Source of the DNA: Burkholderiales bacterium
GTDB lineage: Bacteria; Pseudomonadota; Gammaproteobacteria; Burkholderiales; Burkholderiaceae_C
Length of the DNA: 64,000 nucleotides
Direction of reading: 5' to 3'
Assembly: GCA_026932425.1 (NCBI GenBank)
Contig: JAIXKN010000081.1
Location: forward strand, 9,781-73,780
The notes under the pieces were generated by a model, which was given only the letters and a program-made list of their open reading frames with translations, was not told the origin of the DNA and made no database searches. The position numbers and the translations under genes are program-made. Below, one piece after another: positions 9,984 to 19,895 of this stretch. How positions within the stretch are numbered: the stretch's first letter is position 1; each line of letters begins with the position of its first letter.

Positions 9984-10026
9984 GCGGCGAATATAAACTC
10001 AGGCCCAGTCTTCATGGCGTGCAGCA

Positions 10027-10248
10027 ATGACCGACAACCTCCATTCCCCGCAGCGTCGCCTGATCGAGTTGCGCATCGAGCACGCCGACCTGGACAACCT
10101 CATCGACCACAGCATCGCCGACCCGTCGACCGACGAGCTGGCGCTGCGGCGCCTGAAGAAGCGCCGGTTGGCGCTGCGCGACGAAATCGCGCGGCTCGAG
10201 GCCGAGGTTCAGGTCGGCGGTTCGCCCCTGCCCGACGAGCCCGCCTGA
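10027..10248 (+). CDS. DUF465 / YdcH-family small coiled-coil protein
   Basis: LRIEHADLD...LRRLKKRRLALRDEI and C-terminal PDEPA. Confidence 0.88.
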   Translation: MTDNLHSPQRRLIELRIEHADLDNLIDHSIADPSTDELALRRLKKRRLALRDEIARLEAEVQVGGSPLPDEPA

Positions 10249-10255
10249 AGCGCGC

Positions 10256-12292
10256 GTGAGCGACGGCCTGCGGGCCCGCACCGAAGCGGTCTTCGCCGTC
10301 GGCGGTCCGCTCGCGCAGGCTGATCCCGGCTACAGGCTGCGACCGCAGCAGCTCGAGTTCGCGCGTGCCGTGTGCGACGCGCTGCAGGCGCGCGAGGTCC
10401 TCGTCGCCGAGGCCGGCACCGGCGTGGGCAAGACCTTTGCCTACCTGGTGCCGTTGCTGCTGAGCGGCCAGCGCGCGCTCGTCAGCACCGCGACCAAGAG
10501 CCTGCAGGATCAGCTCTTCCTGCGTGATCTGCCGCGGCTGCTGCAGACCCTCGGCCTGCCGCTGCACACCGCGCTGCTCAAGGGGCGGTCGAGCTACCTC
10601 TGCCGGCATCGCCTGCAGCAGGCGCGGCTGAGCGCGCAGCTACCCGACCGCTTCGCGGTGCGGCAGCTCGCGCGCATCGAGGCCTGGGCGCAGCACACGC
10701 GCAGCGGCGATCTGGCCGAGGTCGACGGCCTGGATGAGCGCTCGCCGGTGATCCCGCTGGTGACGAGCACGCGCGACAACTGCCTGGGCACCGAGTGCCC
10801 GCTCTATCAGCAATGCCACGTCGTGCAGGCGCGGCGCGAGGCGATGGCCGCCGAGCTTGTGGTCATCAACCACCATCTCTTCTTCGCCGACTTGGCGCTG
10901 CGCGACAGTGGCGTCGCCGAGCTGCTGCCGACAGTCGACGCGGCCGTCTTCGACGAGGCGCACCAGCTCGTCGACGCCGGTGTGCAGTTTCTCGGGCAGA
11001 CGCTCGGGACCGCGCAGCTCCTGGATTTCGCCCGCGACCTGCTTGCGGCGGGCAATTCGCAGGCACGGGGCCTGGCGCCCTGGCACGAGCTCGCGAGCGC
11101 GATCGAGCAGGGCGCGCGCGAGCTGCGCCTGGCGCTGGCCGGCGAACTGCGCGAGCTGCGGGGCCTGCGCAAGCTGCGCTGGGAGGAGCGGGCAGAGCGC
11201 CCCGAGCTCGCCGCGGCGCTGCAAGGGCTGGCGCAGGCATTGCAGGTCGCCGCCGAGGAACTGGGCGGCCAGGCCGCGGCGGGGCCGGACTTCGTGCGCC
11301 TGCACGAACGCGCGCTCGAGCTGGACGCACTCGTGCAGCGCTTTGCGCAGCCGATGGCCAGCGCACGCGTGCGCTGGATCGACCTCACGCCGCAGCAGGC
11401 GCGGCTCGTCGAGTCGCCGCTGGACATCCGCGAGATGCTCGGTGACGAACGCAGCCGCGCACAGCGGGCGTGGATCTTCACCTCGGCGACACTCGGCGAC
11501 GACGACGCGCTCTCCTGGTTCACGCGCCAGGCCGGCCTCGAGGACGCGCGAACGCTGCGCGTGCAGAGCCCCTTCGACTACGCCGCGCACGCCCGCGTGT
11601 GGGTGCCCGCGCGCATGCCCAAGCCCAACGAGGCTGCGCATCCGGCCGCCGTGGGGACGCTGGCGGCGCGCTGCGCGCACGCGCTGCAGGGACGCTTGTT
11701 CGTGCTGACGACGACCCTGCGCGTGCTGCCGCCGATCGCCGAGGCGCTGCAGCGCGAGGCCGAGCGCCTGGGCGCCGACCTGCAGGTGCTGCGCCAGGGT
11801 GCGCAGCCGCGGCGGGCGCTGCTGCAGCAGTTCGGCGACGGGCGCGGCCGCGTGCTCGTCGGGTCGCACAGTTTCTGGGAAGGCATCGACATCCCGGGCG
11901 ACGCGCTGCAATGCGTGCTCATCGACAAGCTGCCGTTCCCGCCGCCGGACGACCCGCTGGTGCAGGCTCGGGTCAAGCAGCTGCAGGAGCAGGGGCGCAA
12001 CGCGTTCGATGAGGTGCACGTCGCGGAGGCCGCGGTCGCGCTCAAGCAGGGGGCAGGACGCCTGATCCGCTCGGAGACCGACCACGGTCTGCTGGTGATC
12101 TGCGACCCGCGGCTGCGGTCGATGGGCTACGGCCGGCGGCTGATGGCGGCGCTGCCGCCGATGGGCGTGGTCGAGGAGGAGGACCAGGCGCTGGACTGGC
12201 TTGCGCTGCTGGCCACGATGCACGAGACCGAGTCGGTCACCAGAAGCGCCACCAGGGTCTGGCCTCGGCCTGCGACCTGGCACCCGGGATGA
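10256..12292 (+). CDS. ATP-dependent DNA helicase, DinG/YoaA family
   Basis: EAGTGVGKT, LKGRSSYLC, Fe-S Cys residues, DEAH, FWEGID, DKLPF and QGAGRLIR. Confidence 0.95.
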   Translation: MSDGLRARTEAVFAVGGPLAQADPGYRLRPQQLEFARAVCDALQAREVLVAEAGTGVGKTFAYLVPLLLSGQRALVSTATKSLQDQLFLRDLPRLLQTLGLPLHTALLKGRSSYLCRHRLQQARLSAQLPDRFAVRQLARIEAWAQHTRSGDLAEVDGLDERSPVIPLVTSTRDNCLGTECPLYQQCHVVQARREAMAAELVVINHHLFFADLALRDSGVAELLPTVDAAVFDEAHQLVDAGVQFLGQTLGTAQLLDFARDLLAAGNSQARGLAPWHELASAIEQGARELRLALAGELRELRGLRKLRWEERAERPELAAALQGLAQALQVAAEELGGQAAAGPDFVRLHERALELDALVQRFAQPMASARVRWIDLTPQQARLVESPLDIREMLGDERSRAQRAWIFTSATLGDDDALSWFTRQAGLEDARTLRVQSPFDYAAHARVWVPARMPKPNEAAHPAAVGTLAARCAHALQGRLFVLTTTLRVLPPIAEALQREAERLGADLQVLRQGAQPRRALLQQFGDGRGRVLVGSHSFWEGIDIPGDALQCVLIDKLPFPPPDDPLVQARVKQLQEQGRNAFDEVHVAEAAVALKQGAGRLIRSETDHGLLVICDPRLRSMGYGRRLMAALPPMGVVEEEDQALDWLALLATMHETESVTRSATRVWPRPATWHPG

Positions 12293-13064
12293 AGCGGCTC
12301 TCGGGGTAATTCGTGCGCAGCACGCGCTCGGCCGCCTCGCGCAGCTCGGGGAGACTCAGCTTCGCGTAGCTCTGCGCCATGATGTGCAGCGCCTCCTCGA
12401 CCGCCGGCGACTGCTGGTAATCGGTCACCGCCTGCTGTGCCCGATTGGCCGCGGCGACGTAGGCGCCCCGGTTGTAGTAGTAGCGCGCGACGTGCACCTC
12501 GTAGGCGGCCAGCGAGTTCACGATGTAGTCCATGCGCAGCCGCGCGTCGGCGGCGTAGCGCGACGCCGGGAACTGGTCGACGAGCTGCTTGAAGGCCTGC
12601 CAGGCGTCGCGCGAGGCGCGCTGGTCGCGCTCCGAAAGATCCTGCCGGCTCAGGCTGCCGAACAGCCCGACGTTGTCGTTGAAGTTGATCACCCCGCGCA
12701 GGTAGAGCGCATAGTCCAGCGCCGGGCTCGAGGGGTTGTACTTGATGAAGCGGTCGACGGTGGCCAGCGCCTGCGCCCTGTCGTTGGCCTTCCAGTGCGC
12801 ATAGGCCAGGTCCAGCTGCGACTGCTGTGCCAGCAGCGTTCCCGCACCGCGCCCCTCGACGCGCTCGAGCGCCTTGATCGCGCGTTCGTAGCTGCCGGCG
12901 TTCAGCTCCTCGCGGGCCTCTGCATACAATTTCTCGGCGCTGCGGCCGGCGAATTCGTCCGGGCGATCGGTCGCGCACGCTGCCAGCAGCAGCGCTGCGG
13001 CGGCGGCGAGGAGGGCCGCGGCATGAGGACGCGAGGCGCGCTGCGCCGGTCTGAATGGCTGCAT
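12237..13064 (-). CDS. bamD: Outer membrane protein assembly lipoprotein BamD
   Basis: Lipobox LAAC, TPR repeats, DLSERDQ, YEVHVARYY and C-terminal PWWRFW. Confidence 0.95.
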   Translation of the reverse strand: MQPFRPAQRASRPHAAALLAAAAALLLAACATDRPDEFAGRSAEKLYAEAREELNAGSYERAIKALERVEGRGAGTLLAQQSQLDLAYAHWKANDRAQALATVDRFIKYNPSSPALDYALYLRGVINFNDNVGLFGSLSRQDLSERDQRASRDAWQAFKQLVDQFPASRYAADARLRMDYIVNSLAAYEVHVARYYYNRGAYVAAANRAQQAVTDYQQSPAVEEALHIMAQSYAKLSLPELREAAERVLRTNYPESRFIPGARSQAEARPWWRFW

Positions 13065-13126
13065 CGGTGCGGTCGTGGCGGGCGTGCGGGAGCAGCGCGC
13101 GCCATGCGGTATCGGGAGGGCGCCGG

Positions 13127-13132
13127 ATTATA
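13127..13132 (-). promoter_or_regulatory. Consensus -10 box (TATAAT) for bamD in the bamD/rluD divergent gap
   Basis: ATTATA on the + strand reads TATAAT on the - strand, in a GC-rich context. Confidence 0.55.
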
Positions 13133-13140
13133 GGAAGCCG

Positions 13141-14121
13141 ATGAACGCTCGCGAGGAAACCGACCCCGCCGTCGGCGAACGCCACCTGGAAGACGCCGAA
13201 CCGGGTGCGGGCGAGGCCGAGCAGAGGCGCTTCGAGATCGACCTTGCCGGGCATGGCGAGCGCCTGGACAGGCTGCTCGCGCGCGCGGCTCCGGAGTTCT
13301 CGCGCAGCCACCTGCAGGGACTGGTCACGGCCGGGCACGTGCTGGTCGATGGGCAGCCGTGCACGCACAACGCGCGCCGGCTGCGCAGCGGGCAGGCGGT
13401 GCGGGTGACGCTCGTCCCCACAGCCGAGAGCCAGGCTTTCCGACCGCAGCCGATGCCGCTTTCGATCGTCTTCGAGGACGAGCAGATCCTCGTCGTCGAC
13501 AAGCCGGCGGGCCTGGTCGTGCATCCGGCCGCGGGCAACTGGAGCGGCACGCTGCTCAACGGGCTGCTGGCGCACCACGGTCCGGCTTCGCGCCTGCCGC
13601 GCGCGGGCATCGTGCATCGCCTGGACAAGGACACTTCGGGCTTGGTGGTCGTCGGCAAGACGCAGGAGGCGGTGACGGCGCTGGTGCGCGACATCGCCGC
13701 GCGCCGCGTGCAGCGTGAGTACCTGGCGATCGCCTGGGGCGAGCTGCAACCGCCGGTGCAGCGCATCGAGGCGCCGATCGGCCGTGATCCGGTGCAGCGC
13801 ACGCGCATGGCGGTGGTGGCGGGCGGCAAGCCGGCGCGCACCGATGTCGAGGTTCGGGCCCTGCGCGACGGTTTTTCGGCACTGCGCTGTCGTCTGCACA
13901 CGGGGCGCACGCACCAGATCCGCGTGCATCTGGCCTGGCGCGGGCACCCGCTGGTGGCCGACGCGCTCTACGGCGGCCGGCCGGCGCTGGGCCTGCAGCG
14001 CCAGGCGCTGCACGCCACGCGCCTGGCCTTCGAGCACCCGCTCTCACGCCGGCCGATGGGTTTCGACTGCCCGCCGCCGCCGGACTTTGCCGCCGCCTGG
14101 ATGTGGATCGTCGGGACGTGA
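13141..14121 (+). CDS. rluD: 23S rRNA pseudouridine synthase, RluA/RluD family
   Basis: S4 domain [21 protein letters not shown] and [10 protein letters not shown]; divergent from bamD. Confidence 0.92.
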   Translation: MNAREETDPAVGERHLEDAEPGAGEAEQRRFEIDLAGHGERLDRLLARAAPEFSRSHLQGLVTAGHVLVDGQPCTHNARRLRSGQAVRVTLVPTAESQAFRPQPMPLSIVFEDEQILVVDKPAGLVVHPAAGNWSGTLLNGLLAHHGPASRLPRAGIVHRLDKDTSGLVVVGKTQEAVTALVRDIAARRVQREYLAIAWGELQPPVQRIEAPIGRDPVQRTRMAVVAGGKPARTDVEVRALRDGFSALRCRLHTGRTHQIRVHLAWRGHPLVADALYGGRPALGLQRQALHATRLAFEHPLSRRPMGFDCPPPPDFAAAWMWIVGT

Positions 14122-14422
14122 CCGCGCGTGGCGCGGCCCGGCGGCGCTACAATGCATCCGCACGCGCCCTTGCGGCGCCGGCAGCGAAGGCCCCCTGGAC
14201 GGGTGGGCCATGTCCCCGGCGATTCGGCGGCCCCGCGTGTTGCGAGCGCCTGAACCCGTCGACGGTCGACCGCGGCCCACGAGGCTGCAAGCGCACGGAC
14301 GGCAGGCCCGCTCCGATTCCACAACCTGCCCTGGCAGGCCGAGCGCGTACCGAGCGCAACGGCTGCAGGTCCGCGATGACTCCTCCTGGCGCCAAGGCCG
14401 AGTTGGCGCGAAACCGATCGAG

Positions 14423-15262
14423 ATGACCAGCGCCGAAGCCAAGCGCATTCTTGAAGCTGCCCTGCTGTGCGCGCAGATGCCGATGTCCCTGCGCGAGATG
14501 CGCGTGCTCTTCGACGAGCAGGTCGGCGCCGACACGCTGCGGATGCTGCTCGATCAGCTCGCGCGCGACTGGGAGGAGCGCGGCATCGAGCTGGTCGCGC
14601 TCGCGGGCGGCTGGCGCTTTCAGAGCCGGCCGGAACTGCGCGAATACCTGGACCGGCTGCACCCCGAGAAGCCGCCGAAATACTCGCGCGCGGCGATGGA
14701 GACGCTGGCCATCGTCGCCTACCGCCAGCCGGTGACTCGCGGCGACATCGAGGACATCCGCGGCGTCACCGTCAGCTCGCAGATCGTCAAGCAGCTCGAG
14801 GACCGCGGCTGGATCGAGGTCATCGGCCACCGCGAGGCACCGGGCCGACCGGCGCTCTACGCGACCACGCAGCAGTTCCTCTCCGATCTGGGGCTGGCGT
14901 CGCTGGACCAGCTCCCGCCGCTCGGCGGCGATGACGGCGCGGTCGATGCCGCAGCGCTGAGCGCGCTGCAGGCGCAGGGCTCGCTGCTTGGCGACGAGCA
15001 GGCGCATCTGCCGCTGGACGACGCGACGGCAGCGCAGGCCGCGGACCCTGCCCAGGCGGGGGAGGCCGTCCCGGCATCGATCACCCCGGTGCGGCTGCAG
15101 CCGGCGCACGACGATGGCCCGGACTCGGCGGGCACCGCGGACGCGGCCGTGCCGGAACCGCGCCCTCCCGATCCTGCGCCAGGCGCGTCCGACGCGGACG
15201 AGCACGACATCGACCTGCAGCCCGACCAGGTCCCCGAACCCACGACCGACGAGCAAGCATGA
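14423..15262 (+). CDS. scpB: SMC-Scp complex subunit ScpB with acidic C-terminal tail
   Basis: [35 protein letters not shown] and [10 protein letters not shown]. Confidence 0.95.
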   Translation: MTSAEAKRILEAALLCAQMPMSLREMRVLFDEQVGADTLRMLLDQLARDWEERGIELVALAGGWRFQSRPELREYLDRLHPEKPPKYSRAAMETLAIVAYRQPVTRGDIEDIRGVTVSSQIVKQLEDRGWIEVIGHREAPGRPALYATTQQFLSDLGLASLDQLPPLGGDDGAVDAAALSALQAQGSLLGDEQAHLPLDDATAAQAADPAQAGEAVPASITPVRLQPAHDDGPDSAGTADAAVPEPRPPDPAPGASDADEHDIDLQPDQVPEPTTDEQA

Positions 15263-17385
15263 ACGATCACGATCCCCGAGAGCTGGCGCCAGCCGGCGTC
15301 GACGCGCCGTCGGCTGGCGATGCGGCCGAAGCACCGGCCAAGCCCCGGCGCCGGCGTGCGGCACCCAAAACCGCAATGACCGCTACGGCCGCAACGGCCG
15401 TAGCCGCCGTAGCGGCGGAGGCGACGTCGCCGGACGCCGCGACCCTCGCACCGCCGCTGCCGCCACCGTCGGAGGAGGCCGCAGCCAAGCCCGTGCGCGC
15501 GCGGCGATCACGCAGGCCGGACGCCCTGACGGAAGCCGTGACGGAAGCCGTGACGGTCCCTGCCGCGCTCGAGCCGCTTGGCGAAGCTTGCGCAGCTGCG
15601 GCCGTGGCGATCACGTCGGGAGAGTCTTCGACATTGCTGGAGCCCGCAGCGCCGCTTGTTCCCGCCGGCATGGATGCGCCACCGGCCGCCGGCGAAGCGC
15701 TCGGGTCCGAGGTACCGGAACCGGTGCGCGCCGAGCATGGCGCTGCCGCAGCAGAGGGCGCACGCGAAGGCAGCCGACGCCGCCGCAACCGTCGCAACCG
15801 CCGCGACCGGCCGCCGCGCGAGGAGCGCGGGGATGCCGCGGCATCATCGAGCGACGCGGGTGCCGAAGGCCACGGAGCTGTCCACGAGGGAACGCCGCCC
15901 CTCATTGCGCTGCCGCCGGCCGACCCCGCCGAGCTCTTTGCCGAAGTCCTTTCGGGCGCTTTCGACGCCGAGCCGTCGGAAGCTCTGGCGCAGGGAGCGC
16001 CCGTTGCGGCGCCCAGGCGCGTTCTCGCGCCCGAGCCCGATGCACCCAAGCTGCACAAGGTGCTGGCGCAGGCGGGCATCGGCTCGCGCCGCGACATGGA
16101 GCAGTGGGTGCTCGAAGGTCGGGTCACGGTCAACGGCGAGCCGGCGCACACGGGGCAGCGCATCTCCTTCGGCGACCGCGTCGCCATCAACGGCAAGCCG
16201 GTGAAGCTGCGCATCGCGCCGCCGCCGCCGCGCGTGCTCGCCTACCACAAGCCGGCGGGCGAGGTCGTCACCCACGACGACCCGCAGCAGCGGCCGACGG
16301 TCTTTCGCCGCCTGCCGCGGCTGGCGCACGGCAAGTGGCAGTCGGTGGGGCGTCTGGACATCAATACCGAAGGCCTGCTGCTGTTCACCAACTCGGGGGA
16401 GCTGGCCAACCAGCTGATGCACCCGCGCTTCGGCGTCGAGCGCGAGTACGCGGTGCGCTCGCTCGGCGTGCTCGACGAGGCGGCGCGCCAGCGCCTGCTC
16501 GAAGGCGTCGAGATCGACGGTCAGCGCGCGTCCTTCGTCTCGATCGAGGACGGCGGCGGCGAAGGCGTCAACCACTGGTACCGTGTCGTGATCACCGAGG
16601 GCCGCAACCGCGAGGTGCGCAAGCTCTTCGAAGCCGTCGGCCACGCGGTGAGCCGGCTCATCCGCATCCGCTACGGTTGCGTCGTGCTGCCGCGCGGGCT
16701 CAGGCGTGGGGTCTGGGTCGACCTGCCCGAGGCGGACGTGCGGGCCTTGCGCCGGCTCACCGGGACCGAGCGTCCGCGCAGCGACGGCGCCGAAGGTGGA
16801 CGCAGCGGCGAGCGCAGCAAGCGGGGCCGGCGTGGCGGCGCGCGGCGCGATGGGCCGCGCGACCGCGCGTTCGAGCCCGGGATGCAGGCCGATCGCGCGG
16901 CGCGCGCCGACCACGACGACGACGGGCCGATGCACATCCCCAACCCGCTGCAGCAGACCTACGACAAGCGCTTCGTCCAGCAGGCACGCCGCCCGCAGCG
17001 CGACTACGACGAGGACGGTCCCATCCCCAACCCGCTGCAGCAGACTTACGACAAGCGTGCGCTGCAGCGCGAGCGCACGCCGCGGCGCGAACTGCCCGAG
17101 GACGGCCCGATCCCCAACCCGCTGCAGCAGACCTACGACCGCCGCTTCGTGCAGAAGGCCGGTGGCGGACCGGCCGGCGGCGGTGCGCGCGGGCCCCGGG
17201 GCGCCAGCCGCGGCAGTGGCGGCGGTGCGCGCCAGCCCGACCCGATGCAGACGACGATGGGCTATCTCGGTGCCGACGCGCTGCGCGGCAAGGCCGGCAA
17301 AGGCAGCAAGAGCAGCAAGAGCAGCAAGAGCGGCCGCCGCCCGGGCAGCAAGCGCGGCGGCCGGGGCGGAGCCAGGGGGCGTTGA
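15259..17385 (+). CDS. rluB: 23S rRNA pseudouridine synthase RluB with long disordered N- and C-terminal extensions
   Basis: [35 protein letters not shown] and EGRNREVRK; ATGA overlap with scpB. Confidence 0.9.
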   Translation: MNDHDPRELAPAGVDAPSAGDAAEAPAKPRRRRAAPKTAMTATAATAVAAVAAEATSPDAATLAPPLPPPSEEAAAKPVRARRSRRPDALTEAVTEAVTVPAALEPLGEACAAAAVAITSGESSTLLEPAAPLVPAGMDAPPAAGEALGSEVPEPVRAEHGAAAAEGAREGSRRRRNRRNRRDRPPREERGDAAASSSDAGAEGHGAVHEGTPPLIALPPADPAELFAEVLSGAFDAEPSEALAQGAPVAAPRRVLAPEPDAPKLHKVLAQAGIGSRRDMEQWVLEGRVTVNGEPAHTGQRISFGDRVAINGKPVKLRIAPPPPRVLAYHKPAGEVVTHDDPQQRPTVFRRLPRLAHGKWQSVGRLDINTEGLLLFTNSGELANQLMHPRFGVEREYAVRSLGVLDEAARQRLLEGVEIDGQRASFVSIEDGGGEGVNHWYRVVITEGRNREVRKLFEAVGHAVSRLIRIRYGCVVLPRGLRRGVWVDLPEADVRALRRLTGTERPRSDGAEGGRSGERSKRGRRGGARRDGPRDRAFEPGMQADRAARADHDDDGPMHIPNPLQQTYDKRFVQQARRPQRDYDEDGPIPNPLQQTYDKRALQRERTPRRELPEDGPIPNPLQQTYDRRFVQKAGGGPAGGGARGPRGASRGSGGGARQPDPMQTTMGYLGADALRGKAGKGSKSSKSSKSGRRPGSKRGGRGGARGR
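16921..17145 (+). repeat. Three coding direct repeats in rluB ([13 protein letters not shown][KR]R)
   Basis: ATCCCCAACCCGCTGCAGCAGAC(C/T)TACGAC occurs three times, at units starting near 16921, 17014 and 17101. Confidence 0.9.
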
Positions 17386-17443
17386 CCCGGGCGCCGCGAA
17401 CTAAAATCGACAGTTTGTTTCCGATTCACCAAGGAGAACATGA

Positions 17444-17869
17444 ATGGCGCTTGAACGCACCCTCTCGATCATCAAGCCCGACGCCGTCGCGAAGAACGTC
17501 ATCGGGCAGATCTACGCGCGCTTCGAGGGCGCGGGGCTGAAGATCGCCGCGGCGCGAATGGTCCACCTCTCGCGCGGCGAGGCCGAGGCCTTCTACGGCG
17601 TGCACAAGGGTCGTCCGTTCTTCGAGGACCTGGTCAAGTTCATGATCTCCGGCCCGGTGATGGTGCAGGTGCTCGAAGGCGAGAACGCGATCGCGAAGAA
17701 CCGCGAGCTGATGGGCGCCACCGACCCGAAGAAGGCCGACAAGGGCACCATCCGCGCCGATTTCGCCGAGAGCATCGACGCCAACGCCGTGCACGGCTCG
17801 GATGCACCCGAGACGGCGACGGTCGAGGTCGCGTTCTTCTTCCCCGGGATGAACATCTACAGTCGCTGA
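17444..17869 (+). CDS. ndk: Nucleoside diphosphate kinase
   Basis: [20 protein letters not shown] and NAVHGSD; SD AAGGAG; TAAAAT -10 at 17402. Confidence 0.98.
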   Translation: MALERTLSIIKPDAVAKNVIGQIYARFEGAGLKIAAARMVHLSRGEAEAFYGVHKGRPFFEDLVKFMISGPVMVQVLEGENAIAKNRELMGATDPKKADKGTIRADFAESIDANAVHGSDAPETATVEVAFFFPGMNIYSR

Positions 17870-17928
17870 GGCGAAGCGGCGCCCTTGCGCTGCTGCCCCC
17901 TGCACCCCCGCGCCGCCGAACCCTTGCG

Positions 17929-19095
17929 ATGACCGCCGTCAACCTGCTCGATTTCGACCTCGATGCGCTCGCGTCGTGGTGTGCGCAGATCGGCGAGAAG
18001 CGCTTTCGTGCGCAGCAGCTCTTTCGCTGGATCCATCAGAAGGGGCAGGCCGATTTCGAGCAGATGACCGACCTCGCGCGCTCGCTGCGCGAGAAGCTGG
18101 CCGCGCATGCGCAGGTGCGCGCGCTCGTTCCGACGAGCGAGCACCGCTCGGCCGACGGCACGGTCAAGTGGCTCTTCGACGTCGGCGGCGGCAACGCGAT
18201 CGAGACCGTCTACATCCCCGAGGACGATCGCGGCACGCTGTGCATCAGCTCGCAGGCCGGCTGCGCGGTCGGCTGCCGCTTCTGCGCCACCGGTCATCGG
18301 GGTTTCAGCCGCAACCTGACGACCGGCGAGATCGTCGCCCAGCTCTGGCATGCCGAGCACACGCTGCGGCGGCAGCTCGGCCTGGCTGCGGGCGAACGCG
18401 CGATCACCAATGTCGTGATGATGGGCATGGGCGAGCCGCTGCAGAACTACGGCGCGCTCGTGCCCGCGCTGCGCGTGATGCTCGACGACCACGGTTACGG
18501 CCTGTCGCGGCGCCGCGTGACCGTCTCGACCTCCGGCATGGTGCCGATGATCGAGCGGCTGCGCGAGGACTGCCCGGTCGCGCTGGCGGTCTCGCTGCAC
18601 GCGCCCGACAACGCGCTGCGCGATGCGCTCGTGCCGCTGAACCGCAAGTACCCGCTGGCCGAGCTGATGCAGGCTTGCAGCGACTATCTCGAGCGCGCGC
18701 CGCGCGACTTCATCACCTTCGAGTACTGCATGCTGGATGGCGTCAACGACAGCCCCGAGCAGGCGCGCGCGCTGGTCGAGCTCGTGAACGGTCGCGGTCC
18801 GGCCGCCGTGCCGGGCCTGCGGGTTCCGTGCAAGTTCAACCTGATCCCCTTCAATCCGTTCCCGGATTCGGGACTCGCCTGTTCGCCGCGCGAGCGCGTG
18901 CAGGCCTTCGCCCGCGTGCTGCAGGAGGCCGGGATCGTGACGACGATCCGCAAGACCCGTGGTGACGACATCGACGCCGCCTGCGGTCAGCTCGCGGGCG
19001 AGGTGCGCGACCGCACCAACGTGCGCGTGCGGCTTCAGCGTCGCCGCGACGGTGGCGTCGAGGCCGTGCCGACGGCGGCGGAGCTTCGAGCGTGA
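17929..19095 (+). CDS. rlmN: Dual-specificity 23S rRNA/tRNA methyltransferase RlmN
   Basis: [22 protein letters not shown] and DIDAACGQL. Confidence 0.97.
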   Translation: MTAVNLLDFDLDALASWCAQIGEKRFRAQQLFRWIHQKGQADFEQMTDLARSLREKLAAHAQVRALVPTSEHRSADGTVKWLFDVGGGNAIETVYIPEDDRGTLCISSQAGCAVGCRFCATGHRGFSRNLTTGEIVAQLWHAEHTLRRQLGLAAGERAITNVVMMGMGEPLQNYGALVPALRVMLDDHGYGLSRRRVTVSTSGMVPMIERLREDCPVALAVSLHAPDNALRDALVPLNRKYPLAELMQACSDYLERAPRDFITFEYCMLDGVNDSPEQARALVELVNGRGPAAVPGLRVPCKFNLIPFNPFPDSGLACSPRERVQAFARVLQEAGIVTTIRKTRGDDIDAACGQLAGEVRDRTNVRVRLQRRRDGGVEAVPTAAELRA

Positions 19096-19892
19096 TGGCG
19101 CTGCTGCGCTTGCCGCTGGCCGCGGGCCTGGTCACCGCTGCACTGCTGCTGGCCGGATGCGCGACCGGCCCGATCAGCGCCGAGCACGAGGTCCGCACCG
19201 AGTCCGACCGCAGCAGCGCCGAGCGGCGGGCGCACGTGCGGCTGGAGCTTGCCGCGGCCTACTTCGGGCGCGGCCAGGCGACGACCGCGCTCGACGAAGT
19301 CAAGCTCGCACTGGCGGCCAAACCGGACCTGGCGGAGGCTTACAACCTGCGCGGGCTCATCTATGCCAGCATGGGTGAGGCGGCACTGGCCGAGCAGAGC
19401 TTCCAGCACGCGCTGCAGCTTGCGCCGCGCAACGGCAGTGCACTGCACAACTACGGCTGGTTCCTGTGCCAGCAGCGCCGCTTCGACGACGCGCAGTTGC
19501 GCTTCGATGCGGCGCTGGACGCGCCCGGCTACGCCGATGCCGCGCGCACGCTGATGGCGCAGGGCGTGTGCCTGGCACGGGCCGGCCGCTGGGCCGACGC
19601 CGAGGCGCGCCTGGGGCGTGCCTTCGAGCTCGACCCGGCCAGCCCCGCGATCGCGTTCGCCTTCTCCGAGGTGCTCTATCAGCGCGGCGAGTACGAGCGC
19701 GCGCGTTTCTACGTGCGGCGCATCAACGGACAGTCCGAGCAATCGAATGCGCAGTCGCTGTGGCTGGCTGCGCGCATCGAGCGGCGACTGGGCAACAGCG
19801 CCGGGGTCGAGGATTTCGGCCGGCAGTTGCGTCAGCGCTTTCCCGCCTCGCCCGAAGCGCTGCGGCTGTCGCGCGGCCAGTTCGACGACTGA
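19095..19892 (+). CDS. pilW: Type IV pilus biogenesis/stability lipoprotein PilW (PilF)
   Basis: Lipobox LAGC, TPR repeats and NYGWFLC; conserved position after rlmN. Confidence 0.9.
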   Translation: MALLRLPLAAGLVTAALLLAGCATGPISAEHEVRTESDRSSAERRAHVRLELAAAYFGRGQATTALDEVKLALAAKPDLAEAYNLRGLIYASMGEAALAEQSFQHALQLAPRNGSALHNYGWFLCQQRRFDDAQLRFDAALDAPGYADAARTLMAQGVCLARAGRWADAEARLGRAFELDPASPAIAFAFSEVLYQRGEYERARFYVRRINGQSEQSNAQSLWLAARIERRLGNSAGVEDFGRQLRQRFPASPEALRLSRGQFDD

Positions 19893-19895
19893 GGA

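Noticed and set aside
16921-17145. Regularly spaced direct repeats of about 30 nt resembling a mini CRISPR array
   Set aside because: They are in-frame coding repeats with synonymous variation inside rluB; they are not palindromic and there are no cas genes
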